60,000 nt of DNA from the NCBI GenBank assembly GCA_030390025.1, contig CM059432.1, forward strand, positions 93,746,001-93,806,000, in the 5' to 3' direction. A program made the translations under genes and the position numbers. Below are positions 12,871-25,470 of the stretch, piece after piece. This DNA is from Squalus acanthias (Eukaryota). The first letter of the stretch is position 1. Every line of letters starts with the position of its first letter. The notes beneath the pieces were generated by a model that saw nothing but the letters and a program-made list of their open reading frames with translations, was not told the origin of the DNA and searched no databases.

Positions 12871-13135
12871 CATCTGGATCACATTCTCGCTCTCATTTCC
12901 CCCCTGCCTTTAGACCTGGTTTCTGACCTCCTCTCCCCCTTCCTCCGATTCCCTCTCTTCCCACCACCACCCGCCCCCCGGCCAGGCCACCAGCGAATCC
13001 TCTGAACTCCTCCTTACGGAGCGGAAGAAAGTGTGACCCACAGTGCAGGCCGCAACAGTTGGGTACTGCGCAGGCGCGGCTTCGGTAACCCGTGCATGCG
13101 CAGAAGGGCATCAGGCGCGCATGCGCAAAGGCCGC
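12871..13135 (-). promoter_or_regulatory. Candidate distal promoter and exon ending in ATG|GTAAG, with three NRF1-like motifs
   Basis: tgcgcaggcgcg 13067-13078, cgtgcatgcgca 13091-13102, cgcgcatgcgca 13116-13127, ETS-like gcggaag at 13021; minus-strand cagATG|gtaagc at 12873-12865. Confidence 0.5.
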
Positions 13136-14000
13136 AAAGCTGTTCGTGCAGATAATCTCAGCATTAGAAAATCTTGGGAGCGAGCACTTGATATTCCTGG
13201 TATGAGCTCGCAGTAGGAAAATGATTTTATAAAATTATTCTTTTAATGCAAACATTATTGTTTTTAGTATCGCATCTCCCATGGTGTTGCTCATAGATTA
13301 TCTGGAATATGATGGTGATGTTTAGATACTATGATGAAGCTGTATTTAGGTTGCCTTGTCCCTTAAGGCCACTGCTAAGGTTATCCCTGTGGGGAAGTGG
13401 TCTAAATAGGTACATCTTGAGGCAAATTAGAAGTTAATTGCTGAGGGACATAGGCATATATGAGTTCCTGCCCTTGGGGATTGGCCAGGTTGTCACGATC
13501 AGAACAGAACAATCTTTTTGACTCTGAAATAGTGGTGGCAATTTTCATCTGCAATCCCACTCAAAAACAGGTGGGATCGTGTTGGAGAATGCCAGAAAAT
13601 TTGGGCGGTGAGGTTTCTTTCCCCCGCCATCGCCCACTCCTTCCCTATCCAGCATGTATAAATGGCGGCGGGGGAGGGTGTAGAGGCTGGGATCCTGGCA
13701 AATTTTCTTGCTCACCGCCACACTTATGACCACTTCCCCAGAGCCAGTGTGTGCAAGATGGCATTAGGCCCTGGAAAGTGGCAGTAAATAACCAAATGGA
13801 GGGTCTCCAATCCCTCCAGATGCCCCAACATTTCCTTACGCAAGGCTTCAGTCTCCAAGGCCTTCAGTGGGAAGCCTCATTCTGATTTTCAGGGCGCTTC
13901 TCCCCATTAAAGTCCCTCATCAGAACTTTGGGTGCTGGTGTTTCCAGGCCAGCACTGGTGGGCTCCCACTTGAAAGCAGGAATCCCACCAAGAGCCCACC

Positions 14001-15995
14001 ATAAGAACTTAAGAACATAACAATTAGGAGCAGGAGTAGGCCATAAGGCCATTCGAGCCTGCTCCACCATTTAATAGTATCATGGCTGATCTTTAACCTC
14101 AACTCCAATTTCCCGCCCAATCCCCATATCCCTTGATTCCCATAGAGTCCAAAAATCTACCTATCTCAGCCCAGAATATGCTCAATGACTGCGCATCCAC
14201 AGCCCCTTTGGGGTAGAGCATTCCAAAGATTCATAACCCTCTGAGTGAAGAAATTCCTCCTCATCTCGGTCATAAATGGTTGACCCCTTATCCTGAGACT
14301 ATACCCACTAGTTAGAGACTCTCCAGCCAGGGGAAACAACCTCTCAGCATATATCCTGTCAATCCTCATCAGAATCTTTTATGTTTCAATGAGATCACCT
14401 CTCATTCTTTTAAACTTCAGAGAGTATAGGCCCAAGTTACTCAATCTCTCATAGGACATCCCTCTCAACCCAGGGATCAATCTAGTGAACCTTCGTTGCA
14501 CTGCCTCAAAGGCAAATATGTCCTTCCTCAGATAAGGAAACCAAAACTGTGCACAGTACTCCAGGTGTTGTCTCACCAAAGCCCTGTACAATTGTAGCAA
14601 GACTTCCTTACTCTTGTACTCCAACCCCCTTGCAATAAAGGCCAACATGCCATTTGCCTTCCTAATTGCTTGCTGTACCTGCATGCTAACTTTCTGTGTT
14701 TCCTGTACGAGGACACCTAAATCTCTCTGAACACCAACATTTAATAGTTCTCACCATTTAAAAAATATCTGTTTTTCTATTCTTCCTCACATTTCCCCAC
14801 ATTTTATGCCATCTGCCACCTTATTGCCCACTCACTTAACCTGTCTATATCCCTTTGTAGGCTCTTTGTGTCCTCCTCACAGATTACTTTCCCACCTAGC
14901 TTTGTATCATCAGCAAACTTGGATACATTGCACTCGGTCCCTTCATCTAAGTCATTAATATAGATTGTAAATAGCTGAGGCCCAAGCACTGATCCTTGCA
15001 GTACCCCACTAGTTACAGCCTGCCAACCGGAAAATGACCCATTTATCCCTACTCTCTTTTCTGTCCGTTAACCAATCCTCTATCCATGCTAATGTATTAC
15101 CCCCAACCCCATGAGCCCTTATCTTGCATAGCAACCTTTTATGTGGCACCTTGGAAATCCAAATATACTACATCCACTGGTTCCCCTTTATCTACCCTGC
15201 TAGTTCTTCTTCTTAGACAGTCCCTCGGAACCGAGGATGATTTGCTTCCACATTAAAAATGAGTTCGCAGGTGACTGATGAGTCCAATGCGGGACCTACA
15301 GTCTCTGTCACAGGTGGGGCAGACGATGGTTGAAGGGGCGGGTGGGTGGGGTGCTTGGGTTGACGTGCGCTCCTTACGCTTGGCTTCCGCTTGCTCCCGG
15401 CAAAGAGATTTGAGGTGTTCGGCGCCTTCCCGGATGCTTCTCCTCCACTTTGTGCGGTCTTGGGCCAGGGATTCCCAGGTGTCGGTGGGGATGTTACACT
15501 TTTTCAAGGAGGCTTTGAGGGTGTCCTTGAAGCGTTTCCTCTGCCCACCTGGGGCTCTCTTGCTGTGCCAGAGCTCCGAGTAGATCGCTTGTTTTGGGAG
15601 TCTCGTATCGGGCATGCGGACAATGTGATATCCTCAAATGTTAGTTACATCCTCAAAAAACTCTAATAAATTTGTGAAACATGATTTCCTTTTCATAAAA
15701 CCATGTTGACTGCCTAATCATAATATGATTTTCTAAGTGCCCCATTACCACTTCCTTCATAATGGATTCCAACATTTTCCCGACAACTGATGTCAGGCTA
15801 ACTGGCCTGTAGTTCCCCGTTTTCTTTTTCCCTCCTTTCTTGAATAGCGGGGTTACATTTGCTACCTTCCAATCCGCTGGGACCGTTCTAGAATCTAGGG
15901 AATTTTGGAAGATCACAACCAATGCATCCACTATCTCTGCAGCCACCTCTTTTAGAACCCTAGGATGTAGACCATCAGGCCCAGGGGATTTGTCG
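14001..15995 (-). mobile_element. CR1 LINE 3' portion, interrupted by an RTE fragment
   Basis: KSPGPDGLHPRVLKE, NYRPVSLTS, FADD, RMRGDLIE, (cataagaa)-like tail. Confidence 0.92.
15203..15628 (-). mobile_element. RTE-clade LINE 3' fragment
   Basis: MPDTRLPKQAIYSEL...GGQRKRFKDTLK...DRTKWR, C-terminal CPTC...H motif, (GAA)n tail. Confidence 0.88.
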
Positions 15996-16789
15996 TGTCC
16001 AATGAGTCCCAGTACTAAAAAATGGATCAGCGCTGCATGGGGTGGAAATACTGCTCCACTGCAACTCCACCTTGGAGAAAAATCTAAGCCATGGTGCCTG
16101 AAGTGTGACAGATGTGCACTAGACCCAAAACTTATACACACAGGTGTGTAATACCAGATCCTCTGTGGTGCTGCTCACAGTAGATCAGAGGATATCCTGT
16201 TTCATAAGAAGTGAACCTGAAATAAAAGTAAACAACAACAGCGACTTGCATTTATATGACGCCTTTAAAGTAGAAAAATGTCCCAAGGTGCTTCACAGGA
16301 GTGTAATTAGACAAAGATTGACACCAAAGGAGGAAACATTAGGACAGGTGACCAAAAGCTTGGTCAAAGAGGTAGGCTTTAAGTTGGGTCTTAACGGAGG
16401 AGAGAGAGGTTGAGAGGCAGAAAGGTTTAGAAAGAGGATTCCAGATAACTCAAGTATTACAATCAAATCTTTACTCTGTTCAGAAGCTAAATAATCTAAT
16501 GGTATGGGAGGAGTGACTATTAAGGATAGGAATAAATTCTTAAATGCTTGATTATTTTATAACAAAAATTAGTACCAGGATAAATATTTCTAGAGTTTTT
16601 TCCAGTGTGGCTAACTTTACAGTAATTGCAAAATAATTGAGATCCACCCCAGGAATCTGCACAATTTTTGAACAATCATTTCACTGCTAAGAATTTACTG
16701 TTGTTGCTCGTATCCACTCAGTGACCTTTATTCATCAGTATTCATCTCTTGTCTTCTTACCTGCGTATTATCATGCTATAAGTCATCCA

Positions 16790-18660
16790 TTCCTAAAATC
16801 TGCAAGATATGTTTTTCTAAATTGGAAAATGTCACACATTCAATTGAGCTGAAGAGGTCCTCTACCCCTCCGATGGGCGACGGGTGCCAAGACAAATTAG
16901 TCAAAAGGCAAAGGAAGAGCTGGCAGAGAATGTCATTGCCACCAGCATTGTTCCCAGAATCTTGCTGCAGTGCAGGGGAATAAAAAAGAGATCTGACCAG
17001 GACTGCCAAGGTAAGGCTCCCCTTCACATTTCTCAATCTCCACACAGCCCTGCAGGACCCTACCTTAGCCTCACCACTATCACTTCCCCACTTCCTCAAA
17101 GCAGCTGGGAACACTTCACTGCACCTCCTTCTGCTTGCACTTACAGTCTCAAAACCTGCTACTGCCCTCACAACTACTCTCTCTTGGCACATTGCTGTTT
17201 CTTCCCATCACCATGCACACTATGCTAATATGCCTCATACATCTTGAAATACCATAAACTGGTCACATATTAACCCACTTGCATGCTTCTTGAAGGAGAC
17301 GCTAGCACAGATATGTTTTTGTCCCTTGGAAAATGTCACTCATTCAATTGAATTGTGGAGGGCCTCTACCCCGCCGATAGGTGACAGGTGCCAAGACAAA
17401 TCAGTCAATAGGCAAAGGGAGACCTGAAAGTCATCCAGGAGGGAGAGTACCAGAAAAGGAGGTCCTGCTACTCTACAGACACTGACACCAATGAAGGAAG
17501 TAGCCACCGACCTTACTGACAGACAAAGGACACGCAGCATTGGAAATTGTCAGGCTGGAGGTCATGCACAGCAGGGTGTTTGTGCATCTTCCCTTCCTTT
17601 TCTCTTTTTACTTAACTCACACTCACAAACTCTGCATAACAAACTGGTGGTGTATTGCGCTGCCACTTATATGCTACTGCTACCCTTGCTAACGTGCTAA
17701 CCCTTGTCCGTCTTTTTCCAGGTCTATCTGACGACTCATAGACTGAGGGGGAGAATCTTCCCAAAGATGCATCATCACTCGCTCTTACTCTTCCAAGTAC
17801 TAGCACAGAAATCGGCCATCTGGGTGGCACAGATAGTGAGTTAGTGGGTTCTGCACTGGGTGATTCACTGAACAAAAGTGAGCAGGAGTAGCTGAGTGGA
17901 AAAAAGGTTCCAGGAAACAGCTCACATCCTAGCTTTGCTGAAGAAGATAAAGATGCAGACTTTAGGGGCCCAGCCTTTAAAATAAGATGATTTCTGTGCA
18001 CCAGCAATTGCTGAATGTATTGGACTGGCTACCAGCAATCTTCCGCAACATGTTAGAGAGTGAAGGAGTTCACTCCCAACTTATGTGGGGTTCTGGTGCA
18101 TGGCACTTCAATGGACGCTGCAGCTGGGCCCTCCCTGCAGGAGTCTATGGCACCAATAGTAGCATCTCTCAAGGCAACACATACTGGGGCAATGCTTGCT
18201 CTAGGCTCCACCATCTCCTCCGCCTTGCACAGGCAGCTAGACCGAATGGATAGGAAATTCAGTCAGATCACAAATCTCCTACAGTCTGCTCTCCCACAGA
18301 TCATTAAGACTGCAGAGCTGCTGCCCAAAAGCAGTCATGCAATGGGAATGGAAGGTGCTGCCATCTCTCTTTATGGCAGCATGGCTGGACCTGTGCGACC
18401 CCTGAAATAAAGCCTGCTCTGCTGACAGAACTCTAGTTGGGCCAGACTGTCCCAACAGAGGCTGAGTTGCTGCAGTCTGCAGTCAAGCCTCAGATCTGAG
18501 CACCTTGAGGTCTCCAACCACAAACATCTAGTCCTTGACTGAGCCACAACAATGCTGCAGCCATTGGGGGAAGCACCTTATACTCTAATTTGTACTAGAG
18601 TAGGTAAGACAGCAGTTAAGAAAGGCACTAGGGCTCACACCAGGGTGATAATTAGTGTGT
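16790..18660 (+). pseudogene. Decayed Harbinger Myb/SANT-like accessory gene remnant
   Basis: Weak resemblance to the Myb-like gene of the 24195-31238 element (W...VPRILLQCR motif followed by a gtaag donor); internal duplication of about 110 bp. Confidence 0.4.
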
Positions 18661-19312
18661 TGCATTTATGAAACCCAGTAAAACGATAATCCTTTAGTAG
18701 CTAGTGACCCTGCAACGTTACTTGGCGTGACTATCAATGTTGGTCTTTGGGCGGACACTGTTTTTTGAAGGTGGAAGGACTGGCACAGATTTTGGACATG
18801 ACTTAATACAGGGCAACAGAGATTGTTCAGCTGAAGTGCTCTTTAATAAGCTGCAGCTGAAGAGCCCTACCAACTGTTAGACTCCCCCCGCTTCTTGTAT
18901 GTCATCAGTGTCTTATTTCGCATCATGCTGAAGGTCCTCGTCTATATAGCAGAGAGTGAATATTACAATAGAAGGGAGTGTAAAATAGGGCTTTCAAAAA
19001 ATCAGACATGAATGCCATCCTATAAGAGTTCAAATGTAAAATATGCAAATTTCATGTTTAAAACTGTTAAATACTGATAATATATCTGAATGTTGGAACC
19101 ATCTGCACAATATAGAAACTAGGAGCTAACTATTAACCGGTAAGAACATATGGCAAATTCACCATTCCCATTCTCCCAGCAGGGATCTGTACTCAAAAGA
19201 AGTGTGGCTCTGCATTGGGAGTGTGAAATCAATGAATTTATCACCCACTCTCAAGTTTCTGGATTCACGATGAAACATGATGTCATGAAGATTCCCAACT
19301 ACATTACAGCTT

Positions 19313-21703
19313 TGAGAAGTCGCACAACACCAGGTTATAGTCCAACAGTTTTATTTGAAATCACAAGCTTTCGGAGTTACTGCTCCTTCGTCGGGTGAAG
19401 TAAAGAGATACAGAATCGCCAAAGCATATATAGATAGAGAACAATGCATGTGTACCTTACAATGGCAGACAACTAAATTTAATCATCCTGACTGTTTATC
19501 TGCCGAGGTGTGACAAAAGGCAATCAGGTCAGCCAGGAACTTACCACATCAAAGACATAGCAAGATACAACTGAGACAATGAGGTGGAGTCACAGGGGGT
19601 CTAACGTGTCAAAAGCTGCAGTCTGTATGTAAAACGATAAACTTTAAAATTTTTACTTTTTTACTGGGAATCACATCTGTGAACAAGCCAACGACGACTC
19701 GAGTCCGGATCACGTCATGTATCGTGACATAAACCCAAGTTCCCGGTTGAGACCGTCCTCATGAGTGCGGAACTTGGCTATCAGTTTCTGCTCGATGATT
19801 TTGCGTTGTCGTGTGTTCCTAAGGCCGCCTTGGAGAACGCTTACCCGCAGATCCGAGGCTGAATGTCCTTGACTGCTGAAGTGTTCCCCGACTGGGAGGG
19901 AACACTCCTGCCTGGTGATTGTTGCGCGGTGTCCGTTCATACGTTGTCTCAGTGTCTGCATGGTCTCGCCGATGTACCATGCCGCGGTGCATTCTTTCCT
20001 GCAACGTATGAGGTAGACAACGTTGGCCGAGTCACATGAGTATGTACCATGTACCTGGTGGGTAGTGTCCTCACGTGTGATGATGGTATCTGTGTTGATG
20101 ATCTGGCATGTCTTGCAGAGGTTGCCGTGGCAGGGTTGTGTGGTGTCGTGGTCGCTGTTATCCTGAAAGCTGGGTAATTTGCTGCGAACGATGGTACTTC
20201 TGAGGTTAGGCGGCTGTTTGAAGGCAAGTAGTGGAGGCGTGGGGATGGCCTTAGCGAGGTGTTCGTCATCATCGATGACATGTTGAAGGCTGCGAAGAAC
20301 ATGGCGTAGTTTCTCCGCTCCGGGGAAGTACTGGACGACGTAGGGTACCCTGTTGGTTGTGTCCCGTGTTTGCCTTCTGAGGAGGTCTATGCGATTTTTC
20401 GCTGTGGCCCGTCGGAACTGTCGATCGATGAGTCGAGCGTCATATCCCGTTCTTACGAGGGCGTTTTTCAGCGTCCGTAGGTGTCCATCGCGTTCCTCCT
20501 CGTCTGAGCAGATCCTGTGTATTCGCAGGGCTTGTCCATAGGGGATGGCTTCTTTAACGTGGTTAGGGTGGAAGCTGGAGAAGTGGAGCATCGTGAGGTT
20601 GTCCGTGGGCTTGCGGTAGAGTGAAGTGCTGAGGTGTCCGTCTTTGATGGAGATTCGTGTGTCCAGGAATGAAACCGATTCTGAGGAGTAGTCCATGGTG
20701 AGTTTGATGGTGGGATGGAACTTGTTTATGTTATCGTGTAGTCTTTTCAGTGATCCTTCGCCATGGGTCCAAAGGAAGAAAATGTCGTCGATGTATCTGG
20801 TGTACAGCGTTGGCTGGAGGTCCTGTGCAGCAAAAAAGTCTTGCTCGAACTTGTGCATGAAGATGTTGGCGTATTGGGGTGCGAATTTGGTCCCCATGGC
20901 TGTTCCGTGTGTTTGGGTAAAAAAATGGTTGTCGAAGGTGAAGACATTGTGGTCAAGGATGAAGCGGATGAGTTGTAGGATGGCGTCTGGAGATTGGCTG
21001 TTGTTGGTGTTGAGTACTGAGGCTGTCGCAGCGATGCCGTCATCGTGGGGGATACTGGTGTAGAGTGCCGATATGTCCATCGTGGTGAGGAGTGTTCCTG
21101 GTTCAACTGGTCCGTGGGTGCTGAGTTTCTGTAAGAAGTCTGTAGTGTCGCGACAGAAGCTGGGGGTTCCCTGTACGATGGGTTTCAGAATGCCCTCGAC
21201 GTATCCAGAGAGGTTCTCACACAGGGTTCCGTTGCCTGATACGATAGGACGTCCGGGTGTGTTGGCTTTGTGTATCTTTGGGAGGCAGTAGAAGTCTCCC
21301 ACACGGGGAGTACGTGGGATGAGAGCGCGTAGGATGTTTTGAAGGTCTGGATCAAAGGTCTTGATCAGTCTATTGAGTTGGCGGGTGTGTTCTTTGGTCG
21401 GATCTGCGGGTAGCTGTCTGTAGTGTTCCTGGTTGTCCAGTTGTCGGTATGCTTCTTTACAATAGTCCATTCTGTTCTGTATGACGATGGCTCCTCCTTT
21501 GTCCGCTGGTTTGATGACGATGTTGCGGTTGGTCTTGAGAGCGTGGATGGCGTTGCGTTGTGCTCGGGTGACATTCTGGACTGTCTTGTGAGTGCGGCTG
21601 ATGAATCTGGCGTTGATGCATCTCCTGACAGCTTGAGCATACATGTCAAGCTTGGGGCAGCGACCCTCCGGAGGGGTCCAGTTTGACTCTTTTTTCTTCG
21701 GTT
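19313..21703 (-). mobile_element. Penelope-like element family A, 5'-truncated, intact RT + GIY-YIG ORF (19710-21644)
   Basis: Motifs KPADKG, LPKIHK, GTAMG, RYIDD, YRKPT, NVVY...CKEC...YIGET; 10-bp TSD attacagctt at 19303-19312 and 21704-21713. Confidence 0.95.
19361..19398 (-). ncRNA. Minimal type-I hammerhead ribozyme-like motif (U4C core variant) at the 3' end of the Penelope element
   Basis: Minus strand reads UCAC CCGACGA A GGAG caguaa CUCC GAAA GC UU GUGA. Confidence 0.6.
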
Positions 21704-23689
21704 ATTACAGCTTGTAATATCTATCCATACTACTCACTACAAGTTTACTTGCCCTAGCCACCAACACAAATTCACATCACTTCACACCTAAGTACTCATT
21801 ACCCTAATCCCCTCAAATACTCATTGCCCCAATACAATCTATCCACCACCTCACCAAAAATCCTTACTAATTTCCTCCTCCAATTATTTCATTCAATTTC
21901 CAAGCTACTCATTACCTTCCAACTGTTCACTTTCCCAGCCCCCTTAACTGCTCCTACAACTCTTCAAGAATCTATACAAACCCAGCTCCCCTCTCCCAAA
22001 CATCATGACCTCTCATTTATTATGAACAATCCCACAGAGGAACCACTTCTTTACAAAACACCATGTCTTCTAACATCCTGTGAACAAAGCCAAGGGATAA
22101 CAACTAGTGTACACGTGAAATTAAGATTGCATATGGCACATTTTTCCCACCACACTTTGGCACATAGTTGTACCCAATTTGCTGTTTTATGAATGAAATT
22201 TCAGCCACAGATCACAACTGAGCAGGTAGAGAACATACCAATTAGCATGTAGAAAACAGGAATGAAATAAAAACTAATATTTAAAAAAAAACAAATAAAT
22301 GGGCAAATAGCAACAGCTATAAAAAATGGTAGAAGACACAACTGAAAATAAGATTTGTAGCATAATAAATAGGTAAATTATAAAATTTGCAAGAAAATAA
22401 TTAAATTTGGCCACCCGCAATACACCCCAGATGATTTTCCTTTCCATTAAAATCAATGGAATGGAAAATTGGGCGGCTCATGTAACAGGCGGCCAATCAG
22501 CTACCACCATTTTGTGCCCTGCCGAAGTTGAATTTCACCCCAATGTTGGTTGTCTGAGGCCTGGATGTATGTGAAAAGCCTCAATATTGAGTTCATGGAG
22601 GTCCTAGAATCATCGCTCTCAGCTGAAGAGATTCAACAGATTGCAGGGTATAGATTCAGTTCGAACTCTCAACATGCATTTGTGCCTACAACTTGTAGAA
22701 TTTATTTTAATGTTTGACAGCAGGACTGGTCATTCACAAAGCATATGATGACTTGTTATTTGTAAATGCTTTGCCCTCATACAGTCCTGTGTATCAAGGG
22801 GAAAGTACTGCGGATGAAGCCCCCTCAAGAAAGACATTATTAAAGCAATTTGATTTTTTTGTATAAAATATGAGTAATAAGGTAAAGCATCAACTCCAAT
22901 TTTTTTCTGAGTTAACTTTGAAAGCAGAAACAGTGTATGCTATATACTAGCTGATTTTCTATAACTGTCCATTTAAAAAAAATGGAACAACAGCATTTAT
23001 ATCATATAAAATTTGTTTTTCCCCAGTGCTTGAGCACAGAACTTTGAGACGGAGCTGGGTGAATAGCAGTCGGAGTGGAAGCTGAGAATTTGGTGATAGT
23101 CGGAATTTGGCAGAGAGGAGGGAGGCGGTTTCTCACGCCTAACTCAAAAGGAGTGGAGCCGCAGAACCCGAGGATTCTAAGCTAAGTCTAGGCTAATAGA
23201 TAACTAATATTTAGGTTCTTTGGGGGAAAAATTGAGTCGCGCCCCCTTTGGGGTGCTAACTTCGCCGGAGCGCTACTTTTAGCACCCTGAAAAAATTAGC
23301 GCCCCCGCGGCCGAAATTGAATGGTAGCGCCCCAAGAGGGAAGCGGGGTGCTACACCGTAGCGCCACTGCAGGCCTTCCTCCCGTTCTTAAAGGGGAGGG
23401 GCCTGGCACAGCGCGTCCCGGCGCCCAGCTGGGCCACCAGGGATCGGGAGTGCCGTCAAACGAGCCCGGCACTCAAGAGGAGTGCCGGGCTCACGGAGAG
23501 CAGCCGGCACCCTGCAGGGGGTCTTCACGGGGGGCCGGGGACAGCAACGGGGACAGGTGCTGACAGGCGGCCAGCAACAAAAATGGCTGCCCGCCACCTC
23601 CCCTTTAACTAGTGCTGCCCCGGCCGCAGGTAGGCCCCCCTGACCCCGGCGGCCATAGCATCCGGCGGTAAGTCGGGGGGCGCCAGCGA

Positions 23690-23910
23690 AGATCAAGGAA
23701 AATGATTTTGCCAAAGCTATGGTAAATGAGGTTGTTGCCGGGATACTGGATGAGATAAAAATAGATAAAGAGGAAGTACTAGAAAGGCTGGCAGTACTTA
23801 AAGTGGATAAGTCACCTGGTCCGGATAGGTTGAATCCTAGGTTGCTGAGGGAAGTAAGGGTAGAAACTGAGGAGGTGCTGGCCACAATCTTCCATTCCTC
23901 CTTAGATACA
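23690..23910 (+). mobile_element. CR1 fragment
   Basis: LKVDKSPGPDRLNPRLLRE. Confidence 0.8.
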
Positions 23911-24144
23911 AAAGAAAAGACTTGCATTTATATAGCGCCTTTCACGATCTCAGGACATCCCAAAGCGCTTTACAGCTAATAAAATACTTTTGAAGTGTAG
24001 CCACTGTTGTATTGTAGGAAATGCGGCAGCCAATTTTCCACATTACAACAGTGACTACACTCCAAAAGTACTTCATTGGCTGTAAAGCGCTTTGAGACGT
24101 CCGGTGGTCGTGAAAGGCGCTATATAAATGTAAGTCTTTCTTTC
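23911..24144. repeat. Two oppositely oriented SINE 3' tails forming an inverted repeat of about 100 bp
   Basis: agacttgcatttatatagcgcctttcacga... at 23918 and ...tcgtgaaaggcgctatataaatgtaagtct near 24136. Confidence 0.8.
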
Positions 24145-25108
24145 TATGATTCTCAAATACTAATGGCTGCTGCAGTTTTTCACATGGGTTTTCAGGGGGA
24201 GAATTTGGATTGTGTTCTCCCATTTTTCAGGCCTAAATGGGAGTTAAAACAACAAATTTCCCCGCGAGCCAGAAGTGTGCCTGACGCCATATTGCCCATT
24301 AGGCGTCCCTGGTGGCTGCCTGAAAGAAGCAGAGGCATCAATACAATGTTAATAAGGGTCCTGTGCTTGAATCAAAAATTGTGTCTGGCAGGGCATCTTT
24401 TGTCACTTCCGAAGACCACCCAGCAAATCATGGCAGGAACAATTGGGAAGCAAGCTTATTTAAAGGGATCCTCGCCAATGTTCATTCTAATTTTTTCTGG
24501 GTGCGCAGCCCCTTTAACAGGCTGCGTGACCCATTCAAATTTCCACACATGCGCTGTTTTTCCATTTAAAAGCTGGTGAGCTGGCTGCGCGGGACCTCCA
24601 GACAGCTGCACGGCCGCTCAACCACGCAGCTTAACGGGAACATTGATCCTCACTTCCATTAAGGTAAGACTGTGGTTCATCGTTTTAGGTTGCTAGAGTG
24701 CTTTTGGGCTAATTTTTTGGCTGATTTGGCTGTGAAATACATTTGGAGAGTGAGTTTTCGGAGGTGCTGAACTCTTTTACAGGATTGGCTTCAGTAGAAT
24801 TGTTGAACAGGATGATGTTGCTGGGCTTAGCGTTGAGGCTGCCAAATCAGGTGGAAGAGCAGCAGCAAGGAAGGAAGGAAGGCAACAAAGACCCGCAGTG
24901 GCTGCAAGAGGGTGAAGGAGGGAAGTGCGTAGGATGCTTTACAGTATGCAGTCTTCCAAAACAGAACATCATACCTCAACCTCACAGAAGAGCTGTGTGT
25001 AAGGCGATTCTACTTCAACAGGGTGGCAGTGACTCACCTGTGTCACCTGCAGCGACGAGAATTGGAGCCCAGCATCAGCGCATGCAGTGCACTGCCTGTG
25101 GCAATAGA

Positions 25109-25204
25109 AATGAGAAGTCGCACAACACCAGTTATAGTCCAACAGTTTTATTTGAAATCACAAGCTTTCGGAGCTATCGATCGCCCCTTCCTCAGGTGAA
25201 GTGA
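25109..25204 (-). mobile_element. 96-bp Penelope family A terminal fragment containing a hammerhead (25158-25199)
   Basis: TSD gcaataga at 25101-25108 and 25205-25212; UCAC CUGAGGA A GGGGC gaucgaua GCUCC GAAA GC UU GUGA. Confidence 0.8.
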
Positions 25205-25470
25205 GCAATAGAGGTCACCGTGGCTCTAAACTTTTCTGCCTCTAGCTCCTCCCAAACTGTAACAGATGATATTAGTAGCATCAGTCAGTTTGCTGTGCAT
25301 ACGGTGATCAGGCAGGTGATAGATTCACTATTTGTAAGGCACCAATAATTCATTACCTTCCCCACTGATGCTGACAAGCAGAAGGAAAGAACAGTATGAT
25401 TTGCCCGCATTTCTGGATTTTCACAGGTGCAGGGCACATAGACTGCACACATGTAGCCCTGTGTGCTCAT

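Noticed and set aside
11860..12882. 340-aa Pro/His-rich ORF and Gly-rich ORFs on the opposite strand
   Set aside because: Translations of the minisatellite; low complexity explains the lack of stop codons.
23221..23690. CpG island of an additional gene
   Set aside because: Begins with a Harbinger-like G-rich terminus, abuts a CR1 fragment and has no supporting exon; more likely a GC-rich transposon piece.
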